This document shows, in pieces, positions 26,970 to 32,000 of a stretch of 32,000 nucleotides of DNA. The notes beneath the pieces are model-generated. The model worked only from the letters and a program-made list of their open reading frames with translations. It was not told where the DNA came from and did no database searches. Location of the stretch: assembly GCF_000015145.1 (NCBI RefSeq), contig NC_008818.1:30001-62000 (forward strand). The letters run 5' to 3'. The DNA comes from Hyperthermus butylicus DSM 5456. GTDB taxonomy: Archaea; Thermoproteota; Thermoprotei_A; Sulfolobales; Pyrodictiaceae. Position numbers and translations under genes: made by a program. Positions within the stretch are counted from its first letter, which is position 1. Each line of letters opens with the position of its first letter.

Positions 26970-28512
26970 GGGCGTCTAGGACCTCCTCGTATTTCTGCCT
27001 AGCAGCTTCACGCCAAGCGCTCATGTACTTCTCGGTTACTGCTGGGTTTTGCTCCAATATTTTATTTACTCTCCTGGCATCCTCCAACGTAAACTTTACA
27101 ATCTCGCCGGTGAGCGGGTCCTTGTATTCAACTGTATCAGTTAGCTTCTGCTTAAGCGCTTCGAATGTAGCCTTGTCTATCTTCTTCTCGACATAGTATG
27201 CCTCTAGGAGCCTCTTCCATGCTTGCTGTAATGTTTGGTGTTCGTCTACTAGCGTTGCCTTGAAATACTGTCTCATAGCAGTCTCTATCTCCAATGCTAG
27301 CGTATCGTTGAATTGTATCACTTTAACTTGCATTGCGCGATAGTATGCATCACGTAGATCAGGCCTCTGTTGGCCCTCCGGGGTCTCAAAGACCTTGGGG
27401 TTTGCTGGTAGCCGGTTAATCTCGGGGCTTAGCCAAATCTTCTGACCCTCCGTTAGTACCCACGCTATGAAAGCCTCTGCAGCTTCTGGATGCTTCGTGG
27501 ATATCGTCACGGCTATTGGGTCGCCGTTAACTATCGTCTCACCTTCGGGCAGTATGTACTTACAAGCTGGATTTATTCTCTCGGCTGTGTAACCGTAGAA
27601 GTCTATAGTGATGCCTACCATTACTATGCCCGCTATAACGTCGTCGCGCACAAGGCCGCTACTCTGCTCTATGCGTGCATTTGCAGCCATGAGGGTTAGT
27701 ATGCGCCAGCCCTCATCCCAGCCGTACGTCTGAAGAATGATTTCATAGATCCTTGTATTACTGGTACTCTGCGTTGGATCGGCTATTGCTAGTGCCGGAG
27801 TATTGTACTGTACAAGTATGAGGCCGAGATCATCGCTTGCGAGGTCGCGCCAGGACTTGAGCTTTGATACATCATAGTCGAGCTGCTGGGCTACCTCTGT
27901 GTTAATGGTGAAGCCGAAGCTAGCTATTGCTGCTGCAACCCAATACACCTTGCCATCCTTCACCCTCTTGAGCGGCTGGCCAGCAAAGGTGTCAGGTACT
28001 TGACTCGCGGCCTCAAGCGCTATCTGTGTCTCGAGGGGCTTCAGCAGCCCTTTCTTGAATAGGAGATCGAAGAGCGTTGGGCCGCCGCCCCAGGCTACGT
28101 CTATGTTCTGCTTCTCGATGAAGGTTTGCCAGAGGCCAGGTGGTACAGCTATGAACGTTATATCCTTGACGCAATACCTCTTTGCGAGGTCCGACTCTAG
28201 GAATAGATCCCTAGCCTGCTCCTGGATATCGGCAGGATGCCTTGTAAGCACTGTTAGCTCAATCCACTCCTTACACTCAGTAGTTGGTTGTGTTGGCGTC
28301 TCCGGTGGTTGCTCTTGCGGCTGCTCCTCTGATGGCTGTGTTTCAGGCTGCTCTGCTGGCTGCTGGGGCTGCTCAGTGCTAGGTGTGGTGGGTGTTGTTG
28401 GCTGCTCGGGAGCTGCAGGTTTCTCCTTGCCTCCGGTGAGCAAGACTACCCCAGCTATTACAGCTATTGCAACTATAATACCTATAGCAAGTACTATGTT
28501 TCGGGACGCCAT
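26959..28512 (-). CDS. ABC transporter extracellular solute-binding protein, N-terminally anchored
   Basis: N-terminal TM (NIVLAIGIIVAIAVIAGVVLL), a P/T/Q/E-rich linker, then a periplasmic-binding fold (IDVAWGGGPTLFDLLFKKGLLKPL...TKHPEAAEAFIAWVLTEGQKIW). Confidence 0.88.
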   Translation of the reverse strand: MASRNIVLAIGIIVAIAVIAGVVLLTGGKEKPAAPEQPTTPTTPSTEQPQQPAEQPETQPSEEQPQEQPPETPTQPTTECKEWIELTVLTRHPADIQEQARDLFLESDLAKRYCVKDITFIAVPPGLWQTFIEKQNIDVAWGGGPTLFDLLFKKGLLKPLETQIALEAASQVPDTFAGQPLKRVKDGKVYWVAAAIASFGFTINTEVAQQLDYDVSKLKSWRDLASDDLGLILVQYNTPALAIADPTQSTSNTRIYEIILQTYGWDEGWRILTLMAANARIEQSSGLVRDDVIAGIVMVGITIDFYGYTAERINPACKYILPEGETIVNGDPIAVTISTKHPEAAEAFIAWVLTEGQKIWLSPEINRLPANPKVFETPEGQQRPDLRDAYYRAMQVKVIQFNDTLALEIETAMRQYFKATLVDEHQTLQQAWKRLLEAYYVEKKIDKATFEALKQKLTDTVEYKDPLTGEIVKFTLEDARRVNKILEQNPAVTEKYMSAWREAARQKYEEVLDALGG

Positions 28513-28630
28513 ACCCTCTTACCCGCGTAGAGCCGAATTGTACTGCATTGTGTAATAAAGTTTGCAATCCTGGGCCTATCGCGAGTGATTGAAAATTATT
28601 AATAGCGTTGTGTATAGTCAATTAACCATG

Positions 28631-28643
28631 TAGTTTTAAATAT
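28631..28643 (+). promoter_or_regulatory. TATA-like promoter of the 28721 gene
   Basis: GTTTTAAATATC within the 208-bp divergent intergenic region. Confidence 0.45.
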
Positions 28644-28720
28644 CTCATGGATATGTACTTATTTGCCCGGATAAGAGGGTGAGACACATCGCTCCCTCAC
28701 TAGGCTAGGGGTGAAAGACT

Positions 28721-30070
28721 ATGCAGCGCCTCCTCTATACCCTGGTTGTTGTATCTCTCATAGTAATCTCGGCGTATGCACCCCTAACAGCTACAGCTGC
28801 AAGGCTTGAGTTGCCAACGATACTGGTTGACCTGTCGCATGGCCAGAACAGCAACGGAGTATGTGCAATGATGTCGGCGGTGCCCGATGCCTACTGGGTT
28901 GTAGTACTGCCGAGCGAGGATGCCTTGTCGGCGTTTCCCGAGTCACATGCTAAGTGTATAATGCAGCATGCCTACAAAATAGTATTCGGTGACATTGCCA
29001 CTGCTCTATCGGACTCCGAGCTGTCAATAGACATGATAATTATAGGTCAGCCTATATACCCGCTAAGTGATGCCGAGAAGGAGGCCATAGCATCATGGCT
29101 TGGTAGCGCCACGGCTAAGGCGCTCTGGTGTGCCACTGATAGCGACTACCCGGCACAGGGTGGTGCCCAGGAGGCAGCTCAACACATATGTAACGATCTT
29201 CTCGACTACCTCGCCGAGTCGGGCTTTCCAGTAAAGCTTAGGAGCGACTATGTGAGTGTAGAAGACCCGTCATCCTGTGCTAAGAGGTCCTACCGTGTAA
29301 TAGCCTATGTGGAGCCGCCAGCGAGATATGATGCTGAGCTGCTAAAGTTTGGCGCAGAGAAGGTGCTAATGCATGGCCCCGGCGCGGTGGCGTGGGTCGA
29401 CGAGAATGGCGATTGGCATAAGGTGACGGACCCTAACACTCCAGAAAACATCATACCGATAATAGTGACAACGGAGGAAGCTACAATAGTAGAGCACCAA
29501 GCTAGCGGAGCCACCGAGATGGGCTACGCTCACATGGCTGGTGAGCGTGGCAAGTTTGTGCTAATGGCTGCTGAGATTCTAGAGACTGAGAATGGCAGAA
29601 AGGTAATCATAGTCAGTGGCGAGTCGCCATACTTTGGCTATCAGTCAATGCTAACCTTTGAGTATTACGGCTACCTCCTTGACGGTCCAAGGTTCTTCAG
29701 AAACCTAATACTATGGGCTACCGGCAACTACGCGGAGCTAAAGGCGTTCAAGGCACTAGAGGAAACAGTCAACAAGGCTGTCGAGGAGGTAGCAAAGACG
29801 GTTGAAACTGTAACCAGTCAAATAGACCAGCTAAAGAGCTATGTGGACAATGCTCTAGCAGTCCAGGACTCCAAGGTAAAGAGCCTAGAAAACGCTCTTA
29901 ACACCGTGAAGGCTGACGTGGACGGTGTTAAGAGCGACTTGGCATCGGTTAGGGATACCGCCTCCAGTGCCTCAAGCAAGGCCTCCAACGCCATGGTGCT
30001 CGGTGCAGGTGGCATAATCCTTGGCCTAATAGCCCTCATAGCTGCAGCGCTAGCGCTTAGGAAGAAGTAG
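28721..30070 (+). CDS. Exported surface protein: Rossmann/amidotransferase-like ectodomain, coiled coil, C-terminal TM anchor
   Basis: Signal-like N-terminus, ectodomain with ILVDLSHGQN...MIIIGQPIYPLSDAEKEAIASWL...VIIVSGESPYFGYQ, helical coiled coil (VNKAVEEVAKTVETVTSQIDQLKSYVDNAL...), terminal VLGAGGIILGLIALIAAALALRKK. Confidence 0.75.
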   Translation: MQRLLYTLVVVSLIVISAYAPLTATAARLELPTILVDLSHGQNSNGVCAMMSAVPDAYWVVVLPSEDALSAFPESHAKCIMQHAYKIVFGDIATALSDSELSIDMIIIGQPIYPLSDAEKEAIASWLGSATAKALWCATDSDYPAQGGAQEAAQHICNDLLDYLAESGFPVKLRSDYVSVEDPSSCAKRSYRVIAYVEPPARYDAELLKFGAEKVLMHGPGAVAWVDENGDWHKVTDPNTPENIIPIIVTTEEATIVEHQASGATEMGYAHMAGERGKFVLMAAEILETENGRKVIIVSGESPYFGYQSMLTFEYYGYLLDGPRFFRNLILWATGNYAELKAFKALEETVNKAVEEVAKTVETVTSQIDQLKSYVDNALAVQDSKVKSLENALNTVKADVDGVKSDLASVRDTASSASSKASNAMVLGAGGIILGLIALIAAALALRKK

Positions 30071-30269
30071 GTGGTAGGCGAGAGAATCGTTTCACAAGCA
30101 TAGCTGTGCATCTGCCTAAGCACATCAACATTTTTCTTCATGCCCCATCATGCATGCTGTGATGTCTAACTGTTAGGCTTTGGAACATTGTATTTCCTTT
30201 AGAGTTAATTTGTGCTCAAAGAATTTAGGGTAGAGTAGCCGTTCCTCCCCCTTCTTGGAGGGGGGGTAC

Positions 30270-32000
30270 ATGGCACCCCGTCTAGCTAGTTTAGCTGCTT
30301 CTCTAACTATACTAGCACTCCTAATGCTACCTATTGCGGGGATTGTGCAGGTTTCAGCAACTGAGGAGAAGATCGTAGAAGTGACTATTCCAACACGTGC
30401 CGTCAAAGCGGAGCTTGCCAAGGGCTTAATAGTATACCCTCGGCTTTCAGCGCCAGCCTTCGTAGAAGCTGGTGGCACGTTTAAGCTTGTAATCTCGCAG
30501 CCTGCCACTGTTGAGAAGGTTGTTATAGACGACGGCTACGGGCACAGCTACGAGTGTAGTGTTGAAGCGATAAGTGATACACTCTACACTGTCAGAGTTC
30601 CAAGCGATGCAGTAAAAGGAGTCTATGACCTCATAGTGTTCCTTAGCGATAAGGTTGTCGGTGAACCTCACGCGGTTTATGTTGGCAAATCCTCGGACTA
30701 CAATGAGATGTTAATAGTACATATTAGCGATAGACACTTCGGAGTGGTAAATGCTAATGGTAGGGCTGCTGCAAACTATGACCTAGCAGTAGCCGTTATC
30801 GCTCTGGGCCTGCCAGCAAACACTATAGTAATAGACACGGGTGATGTTGCAGACACGGCTAACGGCTACGAATACATGCAAAGCCTTGACGTTGACTTGC
30901 TCCTCAACAAGCCTCTCATAGGGGTGCCAGGAAACCATGACCATGTAGCGGGCTCTAAACTCTACACGGTGTACAGGGGCCCATTCAACTACACGCTATC
31001 AATCTTCAACCTATACCGCATCGTGGGCATCGACAGTGGCAGCGAGGGCTACATATCGGATGACCAGGCCGAGTGGGCTCGCAGAATCCTTGAGTCCTCC
31101 CAAGAGCCCGTAACGATATTGCTATTCCATCATCCGCACTTCACTCACCTCTACGGCGAAGAGCCAACAGTCTTTAAGGCATCAACAGCCGACGAACTAT
31201 ATGAGATACTTGTATCAAATAAGCCTGACAGCACGTACACGTACATCTACTCAAGCTGGCTGGCAAACAATGAGTCGCTAAAGACACTCATTGAGGGTAT
31301 AATGGCTAACAAGGCTAAGCTGATACTCGTCCTAAGCGGCCATATACACATGGACTCCTATGCCCTAGTAGAGAGACCCGACGGCTCCAAGATACAGTAC
31401 ATCGTTACAACGTCGACGGGCGGAAGTGTCAGGACATACCGTAACGACTATCATGGCTTCAGAATAATCAAGGTAACAGCTGACGGAGGCCTAGAGATCT
31501 ACGGTGATGGCAAGCCCTGGGAGTTGCATGCAAGCTTCAGCACGGAGAACACCACGGTAGCCTATGTAACGGGGAAGAATGCAGTAGCAATGCTATTCAC
31601 GCTAGGAAACAGCAATGTTGCAAAACTCATGGAGAAGACCGTGCTAGCAGTACATGTACCTGAGGAGTTCGAAGGCAAAACTGTAAAGGCACTGTTGAAG
31701 GGCCTTGACCGTGTAGAGCTACGTTGTACACCACTGGGCTGCGTAGCCTACGGGATAGCTGATACACCACCCAAGGTAGGCTATACCTACAAGCTAGTAC
31801 TATACACTACTGAAGACCTGGAGCCCCCATCAATAACTGTTAAGAGGGTTACGCCGAAGTCGCCTACAATAGGTCGCCAAGTATCAATAACCTTTACTGT
31901 TAGTGATGACTCGTGGGGTGTAGCCAAGGTTCTAGTAACACTACAGTACGATGGCAAGAAGGTTGAGCTACTCCCGTCGAAGACTGGTGACGTATACCGC
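30270..32000 (+). CDS. Secreted calcineurin-like metallophosphoesterase (3' truncated by window edge; missing from ORF track)
   Basis: Manual translation from ATG 30270 stays open to the window end: signal peptide MAPRLASLAASLTILALLMLPIAGIVQVSA, then IVHISDRHFG (DxH), IDTGDVAD (GDxxD), GVPGNHDH (GNHD), LLFHHPHF and VLSGHIHMD (GHxH). Preceded by the purine-rich RBS GGAGGGGGGG. Confidence 0.93.
   Translation, partial: MAPRLASLAASLTILALLMLPIAGIVQVSATEEKIVEVTIPTRAVKAELAKGLIVYPRLSAPAFVEAGGTFKLVISQPATVEKVVIDDGYGHSYECSVEAISDTLYTVRVPSDAVKGVYDLIVFLSDKVVGEPHAVYVGKSSDYNEMLIVHISDRHFGVVNANGRAAANYDLAVAVIALGLPANTIVIDTGDVADTANGYEYMQSLDVDLLLNKPLIGVPGNHDHVAGSKLYTVYRGPFNYTLSIFNLYRIVGIDSGSEGYISDDQAEWARRILESSQEPVTILLFHHPHFTHLYGEEPTVFKASTADELYEILVSNKPDSTYTYIYSSWLANNESLKTLIEGIMANKAKLILVLSGHIHMDSYALVERPDGSKIQYIVTTSTGGSVRTYRNDYHGFRIIKVTADGGLEIYGDGKPWELHASFSTENTTVAYVTGKNAVAMLFTLGNSNVAKLMEKTVLAVHVPEEFEGKTVKALLKGLDRVELRCTPLGCVAYGIADTPPKVGYTYKLVLYTTEDLEPPSITVKRVTPKSPTIGRQVSITFTVSDDSWGVAKVLVTLQYDGKKVELLPSKTGDVYR

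Noticed and set aside
30245-30269. C-tract/G-tract (CCTCCCCCttcttggaGGGGGGG) before the metallophosphoesterase start, as an RBS-sequestering thermosensor or riboswitch.
   Set aside because: Pairing is possible, but the simplest reading is a strong purine-rich ribosome-binding site. There is no conserved aptamer, and the growth temperature makes a short hairpin weak evidence.
1-32000. CRISPR array, Cas genes, toxin-antitoxin, IS or integrase signatures.
   Set aside because: No regularly spaced repeats, transposase/integrase motifs or Cas-like proteins seen. The only nuclease/helicase-like genes (1795-2514, xpd) lack defence context.

Overview
The window looks like about 32 kb of compact chromosome from a hyperthermophilic crenarchaeon. 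A Desulfurococcales/Pyrodictiaceae-like origin is inferred from gene content, TATA boxes close to start codons, GTG/TTG starts and frequent gene overlaps. Most of it is housekeeping: SPASM radical SAM protein (5' truncated), 5-formyl-THF cyclo-ligase-like protein, RecB-like nuclease, deoxyhypusine synthase, aKMT-like methyltransferase, UbiX, tRNA-splicing endonuclease, GlyRS, agmatinase, RpoP, aIF1, TFB, class I LysRS, aminopropyltransferase, tRNA-Thr(TGT), DUF357-cytidylyltransferase, DUF1028 protein, nicotinamidase-like protein and XPD/Rad3 helicase. The right end is more accessory: a three-gene ABC importer operon diverges from an exported coiled-coil/C-terminally anchored protein, followed by a secreted calcineurin-like metallophosphoesterase. 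The last one runs off the window and is absent from the supplied ORF track. No CRISPR, IS element or defence island was recognised. The best non-coding leads are: a candidate TATA-driven box C/D sRNA at 17994-18052; a GC-rich, potentially structured intergenic element at 23588-23696; five convergent gene pairs that each share exactly one CTAG tetranucleotide as both stop codons; a 10-bp hairpin upstream of a small coiled-coil gene; a 16-bp tandem duplication upstream of the nicotinamidase-like gene; and an operator-like palindrome upstream of XPD. All family calls come from recognising motifs by eye. No database search was run.
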